Shown one piece after another: positions 49,830-60,342 of a DNA stretch of 64,000 bases. This stretch comes from Alphaproteobacteria bacterium (GTDB taxonomy: Bacteria; Pseudomonadota; Alphaproteobacteria; Bin95), in NCBI GenBank assembly GCA_964291285.2, contig OZ219787.1, positions 1-64,000 of the forward strand, given 5' to 3'. Below the pieces are notes generated by a model. The model saw only the letters and a list, made by a program, of their open reading frames with translations. It did no database searches and was not told the origin of the DNA. Position 1 is the first letter of the stretch. Each line of letters starts with the position of its first letter. The position numbers and the translations under genes are program-made.

Positions 49830-50395
49830 ATGTCGTGCGCCGGATTCTGGGCCGGTGCGGCTTCCTGAGGACGGTGGCAGCCGGTGGCTGGCCGCCGGCG
49901 TCGTAAGCGGGGAAGATTTCTATGTTTGGACGCAGGCCGGGCATCGAGCCGCAGACAACGGGCACCGGCACGCCGTTCATCACCGCATGGCTCGCCATGG
50001 TGTGGCGCGAAGGAGAACACGATCCCCTGGAGGATCAGCAGACCGCCAGACGCCGATAGAACGCGCTCCCGGGCCTGTACGTCGTCCTTGAACTCCCGGT
50101 AAGGCGTTGCCAATAAAGGGCGTTCGGAGTCATGCTGGCGGCTGAGCACACGCTCAGGCGGGTGCCCCAGCTTGAGGTCAACACCGTCGAATCGGGCTGT
50201 GGCGGCGCGACCGGTGCCTTCCGGTACGAGGCAGCGATGGCGATAGGTGGGCTAAATCTCCGGCCGGCAGTGCGCGCGGCGGACCGGAACGCGTCCGTCT
50301 TTCCGGACAGGACGAGCAACTGCCGCCGGATTGCCGACGGACCGGGCCGGCAGAAGTGGCACGCAGCAGACGTGCTGGAACAGGCGCTCCCATGA
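49830..50395 (+). pseudogene. Degraded C-terminal fragment of an FAD/Fe-S (CCG-domain) oxidoreductase; 5' limit uncertain
   Basis: CQ*RAFGVM...VESGCGGATGAFRYE...NCRRIADG echoes CHQKAF...SGCCGMAGAFGYE...SCRxQI; in-frame stop and lost cysteines. Confidence 0.65.
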
Positions 50396-50970
50396 ACAGG
50401 TCCCGCCTCTTCCTGGCCGCGGTGTTCCTGGTAGCGCTGTCGCTGACTCCTGCGGCTCACGGACAGTCCGGAGAGCCTTCGGCAATTCCCGACGAGGTGC
50501 GCGCCTACGCCCTTTGGCAACAAGGCTACATATTGCACCTCAACGGCCGATACCGGGCTGCGGTCGACAGCTTTCGCGAGTCCATCGAGATTCTGCCCAC
50601 GGCCGAGGGGCACACGTATCTCGGCTGGTCGCTCAGCATGCTCGGGCATATCGAGGAAGCTCTTGCCGAATGCAAGAAGGCCATCGCGCTCGATCCGGAC
50701 TATGGCAATCCTTACAACGATATCGGGGCCTATCTGATCGAACTCGGCCGCCCGCACGAGGCGATCCCTTGGCTCGAGAAGGCGATCTCCGCCAAGCGGT
50801 ACTGTTGCTATCAGTTCGCGCATTTCAATCTCGGTCGTGTGCATCTGGGGGAGGGGAATCTTGACGCGGCGAGGCGCTCCTTCGAGCAGGCCTTGCGGCA
50901 CGATCCCAAATATTTGCCCGCACGAAAGGCTCTCGATTATCTCGACGCCGAATTCGGAAAACCGCTGTAG
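50392..50970 (+). CDS. Exported TPR protein
   Basis: Signal peptide; AEGHTYLGW, DPDYGNPYNDIGAYL, AHFNLGRV. Confidence 0.88.
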   Translation: MNRSRLFLAAVFLVALSLTPAAHGQSGEPSAIPDEVRAYALWQQGYILHLNGRYRAAVDSFRESIEILPTAEGHTYLGWSLSMLGHIEEALAECKKAIALDPDYGNPYNDIGAYLIELGRPHEAIPWLEKAISAKRYCCYQFAHFNLGRVHLGEGNLDAARRSFEQALRHDPKYLPARKALDYLDAEFGKPL

Positions 50971-51054
50971 CCGAGCACCCCGTGGCGCCTGTCGACGGAC
51001 GCTCATTTGACGCGCCCGCCGGGAGGCGTCAGTCTCCCGTCCCTGAGGAATCCC

Positions 51055-51816
51055 ATGGCGGAACTCGACAAGAGAGTAGCTATCGTAACCGGCGGCGCCC
51101 GCGGCATCGGACGCGGCTGCGCGCATGCGCTGGCCGAGCGCGGCCTGGCCGTGGCGCTGGTGGATGTACTTACCGCCGAGATGGCAAGCACCGCAGCCGA
51201 AATCGGGGCTATCGGCGTCCCGTGCCTTACCTTCGAGGCCGATGTCGCCGACCATATCCGGGCGAAAGAGGTCGCCGGCGGGGTCCTCGACGAATGGGGC
51301 CGGATCGACGTTCTGGTCAACAATGCCGGGCGGCCGATGCCGACGGGCATACTGGACCTTTCCGAAGAGCAGTGGGACGCGACCATCGATGTCAACCTGA
51401 AGAGCTGCTTCAATTACATCCAGGCGGTGGCGCCCACCATGCTGGAGCGCGAATATGGGCGCATCGTCTCGATGTCCTCCCTCAACGCCCATTCCGGCGG
51501 CGTGACAGCCGCCGTTTCCAAGGTCGCGTATGCTGCCGCCAAGGCCGGCATCATCGGCATGACCCGGGCACTCGCCAAGGAACTGGGCCCCCATATCGCC
51601 ATCAATTGCGTCTGCCCCGGGCTGATAAAGACCGAACTGACACAGAAGAACCCGGTCATCGCCACCCGCGAGCCGGAGCTGATCCAGGGAATCGCGCTCC
51701 ACCGCACCGGCGGTCCGCGCGACGTGGCTGAACTCGTCGCCTTCCTGGCGACCGTGGAGCCCTGCTTCGTGACCGGCCAGGACATCACCATCGACGGCTT
51801 CCAATGGAACCGGTGA
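51055..51816 (+). CDS. SDR family oxidoreductase
   Basis: TGGARGIG, NNAG, YAAAK. Confidence 0.93.
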   Translation: MAELDKRVAIVTGGARGIGRGCAHALAERGLAVALVDVLTAEMASTAAEIGAIGVPCLTFEADVADHIRAKEVAGGVLDEWGRIDVLVNNAGRPMPTGILDLSEEQWDATIDVNLKSCFNYIQAVAPTMLEREYGRIVSMSSLNAHSGGVTAAVSKVAYAAAKAGIIGMTRALAKELGPHIAINCVCPGLIKTELTQKNPVIATREPELIQGIALHRTGGPRDVAELVAFLATVEPCFVTGQDITIDGFQWNR

Positions 51817-51895
51817 GGGCTGGGGGACGGCCCCGAAAAGGAAGGAGGCGGGCCTGCCCGCCGCAACGGAACCGCAACAGGGAGACACACGAACG

Positions 51896-53461
51896 ATGCT
51901 CATTCGCCAAGCATTCCGTCTTTGCCGCATCGCCGCCGCCGCGGCGGTCGCATTCGGCGCCGTAACGACAACCGCGGCGGCCGGCGGCAAGTTCGTATTC
52001 GCCAACTCATCCGCCTACGACACGCTCGACCCCCATGCCGTCTTCGATGTCGGGCGGGTCGCCTCGCGCATCAACCTCTATGACGGGCTGATGCGCTGGT
52101 TCGACAATCCCCCGCATCTGGAGCCGTGGCTGGCCGAGAAGGTCGATATTTCGGAAGACGGGCTGACCTACACCTTCACGCTCCGGGACGCGAAGTTCCA
52201 TGACGGCTCGCCGGTGGAAGCCTCCGACGTGGTCTATTCCATCGACCGCATCCTTGCGATGAAGAAGGGTGCCTATTCGCTGTTCGAAGGCACGGTCGCG
52301 CCGGGCTCTACCCAGGCGCCCGACGCGAAGACGGTCGTCTTCAACCTCTCCAAGCCGTCGGCCATCTTCCTCGCCACGGTTCCGGAAATCCACGTCCTCA
52401 ACGCCGAGCTCGTGAAGGCCAACGAGGCGGGAGGCGATCTCGGCACCGCCTGGCTGTCGAAGAACGACGCCGGGTCCGGCTCCTTCCAGCTCAAGCGCTA
52501 CGACCCGGCCATCGGCTGGCAGGCGACACGTTTCGACGACCATTTCTTCGGATGGGACATGGTGGACAACCCGCTCGACGAGATCGAGTTCCGCACGGTC
52601 GTCGAAATCAACTCGCGCGTGCTCGGCCTGATGAACGGCGACTTCCACGGCACAGACGGCTACCTGCCGCAGGACCAAGTGAAGCGTCTGCGCACCAGCG
52701 AGCATGTGGTGGTGCAGGAAGAAGAGTCCATGCGGATCTTCTATTCCATCATCCACAACGGCCGCCCGCCGATGAACGACATCAACTTCCGTAAGGCGCT
52801 GAGCTACGCCTTCGACTATGACGGGTTCATCGACAACATCCTGTCCGGTTCCGTCGCCCGCAACCCGGTGCCGCTGCCGAACAATATGTGGGGCTCGCCG
52901 TCGGGCCTGGCCGGCTACACGCTCGACCTCGAAAAGGCGAAGGAGCACCTCGCCATGGTCGAGGGCGACATCCGGGAGATCTCGCTCGGGGCCCTGTCCG
53001 GCTACGGCCAGACGGAACAGGCTGCGGCACTGCTGCAGAACGGCCTGAACAAGATCGGCGTCAAGACCAAGATCGTTACCGATACCTGGCCCGTGGCTTC
53101 CGGCAAGATGCGCGACGAGCAACAGATGTACGACCTGCTGTTCCTGTGGAAGTCCACCTACTATGCGGACCCGAACAACTGGCTCGGCGAGATGTATGCC
53201 TGCGAGCAGATCGGCGCCCGCAACAATTCCTGGTACTGCAACGAGGAGGTGGACAAGCTGCTCTCCGAGGCGCGCGTTTCCACCGACCAGGACCTGCGCC
53301 GGGCCAACTACGAGAAGGCCAACCGCATCCTGATGGAAGATGCCGCCGGCATCTTCGTTTACAACACCAAGTGGTTCGGCCCGTTCAACAAGAACGCCAA
53401 GGGTATCCGCTTTTCGCCCATCGGCAACGGCCAGGAGATGCGCTGGGTCTCGATGGAGTAA
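51896..53461 (+). CDS. Dpp/Opp-type ABC substrate-binding protein
   Basis: TLDPH, YTFTLRDAKFHDG. Confidence 0.92.
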   Translation: MLIRQAFRLCRIAAAAAVAFGAVTTTAAAGGKFVFANSSAYDTLDPHAVFDVGRVASRINLYDGLMRWFDNPPHLEPWLAEKVDISEDGLTYTFTLRDAKFHDGSPVEASDVVYSIDRILAMKKGAYSLFEGTVAPGSTQAPDAKTVVFNLSKPSAIFLATVPEIHVLNAELVKANEAGGDLGTAWLSKNDAGSGSFQLKRYDPAIGWQATRFDDHFFGWDMVDNPLDEIEFRTVVEINSRVLGLMNGDFHGTDGYLPQDQVKRLRTSEHVVVQEEESMRIFYSIIHNGRPPMNDINFRKALSYAFDYDGFIDNILSGSVARNPVPLPNNMWGSPSGLAGYTLDLEKAKEHLAMVEGDIREISLGALSGYGQTEQAAALLQNGLNKIGVKTKIVTDTWPVASGKMRDEQQMYDLLFLWKSTYYADPNNWLGEMYACEQIGARNNSWYCNEEVDKLLSEARVSTDQDLRRANYEKANRILMEDAAGIFVYNTKWFGPFNKNAKGIRFSPIGNGQEMRWVSME

Positions 53462-53588
53462 CCGGGACCGGCAAGGCTCAGCCGGGGTTCCGGGCCGGTC
53501 CCGGAACCCTTGCGGCTCCGGTTCGGACAAGAGGGGACAAGGGCGGGGTCCGGCGGGAGCCGGCGCCTGACAGGATGGCCACATTCCG

Positions 53589-54593
53589 ATGCGCGAACTC
53601 GTCCTTACCCTCAACCGCCTGCTCTGGCTGGCACCCACGCTTCTCGGCCTTCTGGCCATCACCTTCACGATCAGCCATGTCATTCCGGCCGATCCCATCG
53701 CCTTCATCGCAGGCGACAATGCCAGCGCCGAGCAGATCGCCGCGCTCAAGGCCAAATTCGGGGTGGACAAGCCCATTCCGGTCCAGCTCTGGAACTATGT
53801 CATCGGCGTCGTCCAGGGCGATTTCGGCGTAAGCCTCTACACACAGCGGCCGATCGCTGACGATCTCGTTTCCCGCCTGCCGGCCACGCTGGAGCTCGCC
53901 TTCGTCAGCATCCTGCTCTCGGCCGTCATCGGCATCCCTCTCGGCGTCCTGGCCGCAGTGGATCGCAATTCCTGGCTCGACCATGTGCTCCGCGTCTTCA
54001 CCGTTTCCGGCCTCGCCATCGCCGCCTTCTGGCTCGCCATCCTGTTCCAGCTGTTGTTTGCGATGGAGTGGGGCGTGACGCCCCTTCAGGGCCGGATCGA
54101 CGGATGGGGCCCCGATCCCGTCACCGGATTCTTTCTGATCGATTCGGCCTGGGCCGGGGACTGGGAGGCCTTCCGCTCGGCAGCGCACCACATGGTGCTG
54201 CCCGCCGTCACCCTCGCCTTTCCCGCCATGGCGACGGTGATGCGCTTCACACGCGCCGGGGTGCTCGACGCCATCAACTCCAACTATGTCGATTACCAGA
54301 ACGCCATGGGCGTGCCCCGCCGGGTCGTCATATGGCGCTATGTGCTGAGGAACGCGCTCATCGGTACGGTGACGCAACTCGGCCTGATCTTCGGCAACCT
54401 GATCGCGAACGCCGTCGTTGTGGAAGCCGTGTTCGACTGGCCGGGCCTCGGGCTCTACGCCGTCAATTCGATCCTGCAATCGGACTACAACGCCATTATG
54501 GGCTTCACCCTCATCATGGGCGCGGTCTTCATCATCGCGAACCTGACGGTGGATATCGTCCACGGACTGATCGACCCGCGCGAAGCCGGCTGA
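53589..54593 (+). CDS. Dpp-type ABC permease B
   Basis: LPATLEL, VEAVFDWPGLG. Confidence 0.92.
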   Translation: MRELVLTLNRLLWLAPTLLGLLAITFTISHVIPADPIAFIAGDNASAEQIAALKAKFGVDKPIPVQLWNYVIGVVQGDFGVSLYTQRPIADDLVSRLPATLELAFVSILLSAVIGIPLGVLAAVDRNSWLDHVLRVFTVSGLAIAAFWLAILFQLLFAMEWGVTPLQGRIDGWGPDPVTGFFLIDSAWAGDWEAFRSAAHHMVLPAVTLAFPAMATVMRFTRAGVLDAINSNYVDYQNAMGVPRRVVIWRYVLRNALIGTVTQLGLIFGNLIANAVVVEAVFDWPGLGLYAVNSILQSDYNAIMGFTLIMGAVFIIANLTVDIVHGLIDPREAG

Positions 54594-55450
54594 TGGAAAC
54601 CGCCCGCTTCCTGCTGCGCAAGCTGGCCGCCGACAGGACGGCGGCCCTGGGCGCGCTCATCATCGTGCTGCTGGTCGTCGCCGCCATCGCCGCGCCGGTG
54701 CTCTCCACGCATCCGCAGGACATCTCCGAGTTCAACCCGCCGGGCCGCCTCCAGCCGCCCTCGGCCGAGCATTTCTTCGGCACCGACCGCATGGGCTCGG
54801 ACGTCTATTCGCGCATCCTGTTCGGCGCGCGGATCACCATAACCATCGCGGTTATCGCCATCGGCGTCAGCGTGCTGATCGGCGTACCGGTCGGTCTGGT
54901 CGCCGGCTATTACCGCAATTGGGTCTCGGATGCGCTGATGCGCATTTCCGACATTTTCTTGGCCGTGCCGCAGATCGTGCTTGCCATCGCCATCGCGCAG
55001 ACGCTCGGCCCTTCTATCGAAAATGTCATCCTTGCGCTTTCCGCCACCTACTGGCCCTTCTGGGCGAGGCTCGTCTATGCGGAAACCCGCTCGGCGCTCA
55101 ACGAAACCTATGTGGAAGCCTCCATCGCGCTCGGCGCCTCGCCCGGACGGATCATGCTCCTGCATGTGCTTCCCAATATCTCCTCGTCCCTCATCGTTCG
55201 CACGACCATCGGCATGGGCGGCACGATATTGACGGCCGCCACGCTGGGGTTTCTCGGCCTCGGCCCCCCGGCGCCCTCTCCCGAATGGGGGCGGACGATT
55301 GCCGAATCCCGGGAGTTCCTACCGGAAGCCTGGTGGTACGCCACGGCCCCGGGCCTTGCCATCTTCCTCGTCGTCATGGGCTTCAACCTGTTCGGAGACG
55401 GGCTGCGCGACATTCTCGACCCCCGCACCCGGCGGTCCTCCGATGGCTGA
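54593..55450 (+). CDS. Dpp-type ABC permease C
   Basis: HFFGTDRMGSDVYSR, LGFLGLG, GDGLRDILDPR. Confidence 0.92.
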   Translation: METARFLLRKLAADRTAALGALIIVLLVVAAIAAPVLSTHPQDISEFNPPGRLQPPSAEHFFGTDRMGSDVYSRILFGARITITIAVIAIGVSVLIGVPVGLVAGYYRNWVSDALMRISDIFLAVPQIVLAIAIAQTLGPSIENVILALSATYWPFWARLVYAETRSALNETYVEASIALGASPGRIMLLHVLPNISSSLIVRTTIGMGGTILTAATLGFLGLGPPAPSPEWGRTIAESREFLPEAWWYATAPGLAIFLVVMGFNLFGDGLRDILDPRTRRSSDG

Positions 55451-56462
55451 CCTGCTGACCGTCGCCGAACTGGAAGTGGGCTTCCAGACTGACCGCGGCC
55501 TGGCCCGTGTGCTGGACCGTGTGAATTTCCATGTCGGGCGCGGCGAGATCGTAGGTCTGGTCGGCGAGTCCGGCTGCGGGAAGACAACGCTCGCGCGCGC
55601 GATCCTGGGCGTGCTGCCGGCGAACTCCGCGCGCATCTCGTCGGGCGTCATCGACTTCGACGGGCGCAACCTGCTGGCGGAGAACCCGCAGGACCTCGCG
55701 ACGGAGGTCCGGGGACGGCAGATCACCTTCGTGCCGCAGGATCCGTTCTCCTCCTTCAATCCGGTCTTCACCATCGGCGCCCAGATCGACGAGCTGATGA
55801 AGTGGAAGTCGCCGGACGCCGAACCCGGCGCTGCCCGCCGCTACCCGCGCACGCGGCGCCGTTCGGATCGCGCGCGGGTCCTCGAACTCCTGCGCACCGT
55901 CCAGCTGCCCGATCCCGAGGGCATATTGAAGAAATATCCGCACGAGGTTTCGGGCGGCCAGCGCCAGCGGCTGATGATCGCCATGGCGCTCCTGCCCGAG
56001 CCCCAGCTCATCATCGCCGACGAGCCGACGACGGCGCTCGACGTCACAATCCAGGCCCAGATCCTGAAGCTCCTGAAGCGCCTTGCCGCCGAGCGCCGGG
56101 TCTCCGTCCTGTTCACCACCCACGATCTCGGCACGGCCTATGAGATCTGCGACCGCGTTACCGTCATGTATGCGGGGCAGGAGGTCGAAAGCGCGCCCTC
56201 GGACGATTTCTTCGCCGCCCCGCGCCACCCCTACACGAAGCGCTTGCTGGAATCCCTGCCGTCGCGCGAGCATGGCATCAGCGGCATACCCGGCCAGATT
56301 CCGGCACTGATCGACCCGCCGAGCGGCTGCCGCTTCCACCCGCGCTGCACCAGTGCGAGCACACGCTGCGCCGCCGCCCGTCCGGACGTGTCGGAGGCGG
56401 GGCCGGACCACCTCGTCCGCTGCCACCATCCGGTAGAGGCCGTGCGGGAGGCCGCATCGTGA
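55443..56462 (+). CDS. Dpp-type ABC ATPase D
   Basis: GESGCGKT, SGGQRQR, DEPTTALD, GCRFHPRC. Confidence 0.92.
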   Translation: MADLLTVAELEVGFQTDRGLARVLDRVNFHVGRGEIVGLVGESGCGKTTLARAILGVLPANSARISSGVIDFDGRNLLAENPQDLATEVRGRQITFVPQDPFSSFNPVFTIGAQIDELMKWKSPDAEPGAARRYPRTRRRSDRARVLELLRTVQLPDPEGILKKYPHEVSGGQRQRLMIAMALLPEPQLIIADEPTTALDVTIQAQILKLLKRLAAERRVSVLFTTHDLGTAYEICDRVTVMYAGQEVESAPSDDFFAAPRHPYTKRLLESLPSREHGISGIPGQIPALIDPPSGCRFHPRCTSASTRCAAARPDVSEAGPDHLVRCHHPVEAVREAAS

Positions 56463-57451
56463 CTGCTTCCGGTCCGGACCTGCTGCGCCTCGAAGACCTG
56501 GAGAAATATTTCCCCATCCGCGATGTCTGGAAGCGCCGCATCGGTTGGCTGAGGGCCGTGGACGGCGTTTCGCTCAATGTCGAGAAGGGCGAAATCCTGG
56601 GCGTCGTCGGCGAGTCGGGCTGCGGCAAGTCCACCCTCGGCAAGACGGTGATGGGCATTCACCGCCCGACCGGCGGCCGGATCGTCTTCGAGGGCCACGA
56701 CATCACGCAACTCAAGCCGTACCAGTCGCGCGAGCTGCGCCGCGACCTGCAATATACCTATCAGGACCCCGGCGCCTCGCTCGACCCGCGCTGGAAGATC
56801 GGCAAGGCGCTGGACGAACCGCTGGTCATCCATACCGATCTCGACAGCGCCGCGCGCCGGGAGCGGGTGCAGGATATCCTCGAGGCCGTCGGCCTTCCGG
56901 AAAGCCATCTCGACCTCTACCCGCATGAAATCTCGGGCGGACAGCAGCGCCGGGTGGGCCTTGCCCGCATCCTCACCCTGCAACCGACCCTTATCGTGCT
57001 GGACGAGCCCACTTCCGGACTTGATGTGTCCGTGCAGGCGACCGTTCTGAACCTCTTCCTCGACCTGCAGAAGCAGTTCGACCTCACCTATGTCTTCATC
57101 TCGCACGACCTCAGCGTCGTCCGGATGATCTGCGACCGCGTCGCCGTCATGTATCTCGGCAAGGTGGTGGAGCTGGGGCCGACGGAGCGGCTCTTCAGCG
57201 CCCCCCGCCATCCCTATACCCGCTCGCTGCTGTCCGCGATTCCCGAGATCGGCAAGCAGCGGATCACCGACACCTTCTGGCTGGAGGGCGAGCCGCCCGA
57301 CCCCGGCAATCTTCCCTCGGGCTGCCGGTTCCGCACCCGCTGCCCGCTGGCCGCGCCCGAATGCGCGGCCGAGATCCCGCCGCTGGTCGAGCACTTGCCC
57401 GGCCACGCCGACGCCTGCCTGTTCTCCGACCGCGTCGTCCCCGGAGGTTGA
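56459..57451 (+). CDS. Dpp-type ABC ATPase F
   Basis: GESGCGKST, DEPTSGLD, GCRFRTRC. Confidence 0.92.
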   Translation: MTASGPDLLRLEDLEKYFPIRDVWKRRIGWLRAVDGVSLNVEKGEILGVVGESGCGKSTLGKTVMGIHRPTGGRIVFEGHDITQLKPYQSRELRRDLQYTYQDPGASLDPRWKIGKALDEPLVIHTDLDSAARRERVQDILEAVGLPESHLDLYPHEISGGQQRRVGLARILTLQPTLIVLDEPTSGLDVSVQATVLNLFLDLQKQFDLTYVFISHDLSVVRMICDRVAVMYLGKVVELGPTERLFSAPRHPYTRSLLSAIPEIGKQRITDTFWLEGEPPDPGNLPSGCRFRTRCPLAAPECAAEIPPLVEHLPGHADACLFSDRVVPGG

Positions 57452-57470
57452 AGCGCCGCCCGGCGCGCCG

Positions 57471-58391
57471 TCAGAGTCCGGCCTGCTCCTTGCAGTAGCG
57501 GGCGACATCGGCGTGGGTCGCGAACCAGACGCCGGGTTTCGTGCGGATGTGCTGCACCAGCTCGTCCAGCACCTGGATGCGCGAGCGGTGGCCGATGAAG
57601 TGCGGGTGCATGGTCAGCAGGAACAGCCCCTCCTCCTCGTAAGCGCCGTCGAACTCCCGCCTGAACACCTCCAGCACGCCTCCCGGCGGCGTGTAGGGGC
57701 GCAAGCCCGAGAAGCGGTCCATCGACCAGTAGGGCGCGTCGTCGCGGATCCACTCCACCGGAAGCTCGACCACGCCGGTCGGCTCGTTGTCCTCCAGCAG
57801 CTCGTAGGGCTCGTCGTCGGCCATCAGCGAGGAGTCGTAGAGGAGGCCCATCTCCCGCGTGATCGCCAGCGTGTGCTCGGAGAAATCCCACGAGGGCGTG
57901 CGGATGCCGACCGGGCGGACGCCGCATATCTCCTCCAGCCTGTCGGCGGCGCGCATCTGCAGGTCGCGCTCGTCATCCGGCGGCAGCGCGGAGTTGAGCT
58001 CGTGAATCCAGGAATGGATGCCGATCTCGTGTCCCTCCGCGATCACCCGGCGCTGCTCGTCGGGATGCAGCATGGCGACCACCGCCGGCACGAAGAAGGT
58101 CGCCGGCACGCCGTAGCGTTCCAGCAGCTTCAGGATTCGGGGCACGCCGGCGCGTGCGCCGTACTGGCCCTGGCTGAGCTTGCCGGGCGAGCTCTCGGCC
58201 CAGCGCAGGGTCTGCGTCTCGTGGTCGGAGTCGAAGGACAGCGCAACCGCGCAGCGCGCCCCGCCGGGCCAGGACGCGGGCTTGAGCGAGCGACCGGCCC
58301 GCACCTTCTCCACGATCGGCCGCCAGTCGGCCTCCTTCCATTTCCAGGCTTCGGGCTGGTCCGGAACACCGGTCCCTTTATACTTGCTCAC
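57471..58391 (-). CDS. Polysaccharide deacetylase family (PuuE/PgdA-like) amidohydrolase
   Basis: ALSFDSD, ATFFVP, HEIGIHSWIHE, YDSS, TMHP; GGAGG RBS before GTG. Confidence 0.88.
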   Translation of the reverse strand: MSKYKGTGVPDQPEAWKWKEADWRPIVEKVRAGRSLKPASWPGGARCAVALSFDSDHETQTLRWAESSPGKLSQGQYGARAGVPRILKLLERYGVPATFFVPAVVAMLHPDEQRRVIAEGHEIGIHSWIHELNSALPPDDERDLQMRAADRLEEICGVRPVGIRTPSWDFSEHTLAITREMGLLYDSSLMADDEPYELLEDNEPTGVVELPVEWIRDDAPYWSMDRFSGLRPYTPPGGVLEVFRREFDGAYEEEGLFLLTMHPHFIGHRSRIQVLDELVQHIRTKPGVWFATHADVARYCKEQAGL

Positions 58392-58488
58392 GGCAGGTAT
58401 CCTCCGCTTTCCGGCTTCGCGCCGGGCCAGCATAGCATCGACGGCGCGGATGGCGGGTGCCCGGCCGCGGTGCCGCCGACCGGTCTCT

Positions 58489-60342
58489 TCATGCCGGCGC
58501 CGATGGCGCGACCGCAGCCGCGCTCTTGCACCGGGGCTCCTCGGGCGACGCTTCCTCCGCGCGATCCTCGTCGGCGTCATAGTAGCGCGCCCGGTGAAAC
58601 ATCTTGACGGGTCTCGGCATGGCTTCGCGGCGGGCAAGGGTGGCTTCGAGGTCCACCCGGTCGCCGGCGAGGACAACGCCATAGTCGCGGGCGGCGGCTT
58701 CCTCGGAGACGAAGCCGTCCAGAATGTCCGCCAGCACGTCTTCGGCCGGCCTGTCGGCAGGGTTGCCCCAGCCTCCGCCGCCCGGAGTGATAATGCGGAC
58801 CAGATCGCCTTTCCTCAGGCGAATGCCGTCGCCCATGGTCGGGATATCCCTTGCCTCGGGGCCGTCAGGGTTGACGACGACCCGACCCGGCGATCCCGCC
58901 AGCCCGCCATGGACCCCGAACGCCGGCTGGCGGCAATTGTCGAGCCGGATGCCGAAACGGGCCTCGTCCGACAGCACGCGGACATCCCGGACGATGCCGC
59001 AGCCGCCGCGCCAGCGTCCGGCCCCGCCGCTGTCCCGGTGGATGCCGAATGCTTCGATTTCGACGCCGAACTCTATCTCTGCGAATTCGATGGGGTAGTT
59101 CTCCTGGGCCACGTAATAGACCGCGTCGATGCCGTCGGCGAAGGTGCGCGCGCCGAAACCGACCGAGAGTCCCTCGATGCAGAGCGGCTCCGTGCCGTCG
59201 GCATTCCTACCCCGCAGATAATAGAGCACATAAACGCAGGGCGCCGCCGAGGCCTGCCCGCCCGTCGCCTGTGCAAGCGTGCCAAACAGCGCGCTGGTGA
59301 CGCGGATCATGGTGTGCGACCGCAGACCCAGAGGGGCCGGAAACCGGGGCGCGACCAGCGTGCCGGGTTTCTTGACGACGCTCTCGACCGCGCGCTCGAA
59401 ACCGCCGTTCATGCCGATGCCGGGCCGGTCCATGCACATCCAGAGGCCCAGCATGAATTTCGGCACCGAATCGTCCATGAGAAAGTTGATCGGCCCGTCG
59501 GCTTGGCGGTCGGACGCCGAGAAATCCATCTCGAGAGCGCCGTTCCTCTTCCGCAAGACCAGGTCGACAAAATAGGAGCGCTCGGTCACCGCGTCCGAGT
59601 CGATGCGGTCGCGAAAGGCATATTCGCCGTCGGGAATGCGGTCGGCGATCTCCCTGCGGAGCGCGCCTTCGTTCTCCGCCAGCATCGCCTCGAACGCGGC
59701 CTCGACCACCTCCACGCCGTAGCGCTCGACCGTCTCGGTCAGGCGGCGGGCGCCAAGGCGGCAGGCGGCCATGATGGCCTGGAGGTCGCCCCTGAGCATG
59801 TCCGGGAAACGCGAATTGCGCATGAAGATGCGCACGACTTCCCGGTTTTCTATGCCTTCGCGCACGACCCGCACCGGAGGAATCATGATGCCTTCCTGGA
59901 AAACGGACACCGCATGCGGGCTGATCGAGCCCGGGACCGATCCGCCGATGTCCCAGAGGTGGCCCCAGGCCTCCGCGAAGGCGAACAGCCGGCCCTCATG
60001 GAAGACGGGCATGACGAAAACCATGTCGGGCAGATGGCTGACGGCGCCGCCCGCCCCGTAGGCGTCGTTGTACCAGTAGAGGTCGCCGGGCCGCATAGTC
60101 CGGGCCGGATATTCTTCCAGGATCGCATCGACGAGATTGCCGGCCAGCGTGAGCGAGGTGGAGACCACAAGCTCGCCGCCGCTGTTCAGGAAGGCGGTGA
60201 AGTAATCCTTCTTCTCGCGGATGAAGGGCGACATGGCGGAGCGCGCGATCAGGGCCTCCATTTCCGAGCGAGCCCCGTTGAGCGCGCCCTTGATGAGCTC
60301 CAGCGTGAAGCGGTTGGGCGCCGGAAGGGTTTCGGACGTCAC
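58489..60342 (-). CDS. Hydantoinase B/oxoprolinase family subunit
   Basis: SPFIREKKD, NDAYGAGG..HLPD, HLWDIGG, DSGGAGRWRGG, TPGGGGWG. Confidence 0.9.
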   Translation of the reverse strand: MTSETLPAPNRFTLELIKGALNGARSEMEALIARSAMSPFIREKKDYFTAFLNSGGELVVSTSLTLAGNLVDAILEEYPARTMRPGDLYWYNDAYGAGGAVSHLPDMVFVMPVFHEGRLFAFAEAWGHLWDIGGSVPGSISPHAVSVFQEGIMIPPVRVVREGIENREVVRIFMRNSRFPDMLRGDLQAIMAACRLGARRLTETVERYGVEVVEAAFEAMLAENEGALRREIADRIPDGEYAFRDRIDSDAVTERSYFVDLVLRKRNGALEMDFSASDRQADGPINFLMDDSVPKFMLGLWMCMDRPGIGMNGGFERAVESVVKKPGTLVAPRFPAPLGLRSHTMIRVTSALFGTLAQATGGQASAAPCVYVLYYLRGRNADGTEPLCIEGLSVGFGARTFADGIDAVYYVAQENYPIEFAEIEFGVEIEAFGIHRDSGGAGRWRGGCGIVRDVRVLSDEARFGIRLDNCRQPAFGVHGGLAGSPGRVVVNPDGPEARDIPTMGDGIRLRKGDLVRIITPGGGGWGNPADRPAEDVLADILDGFVSEEAAARDYGVVLAGDRVDLEATLARREAMPRPVKMFHRARYYDADEDRAEEASPEEPRCKSAAAVAPSAPA

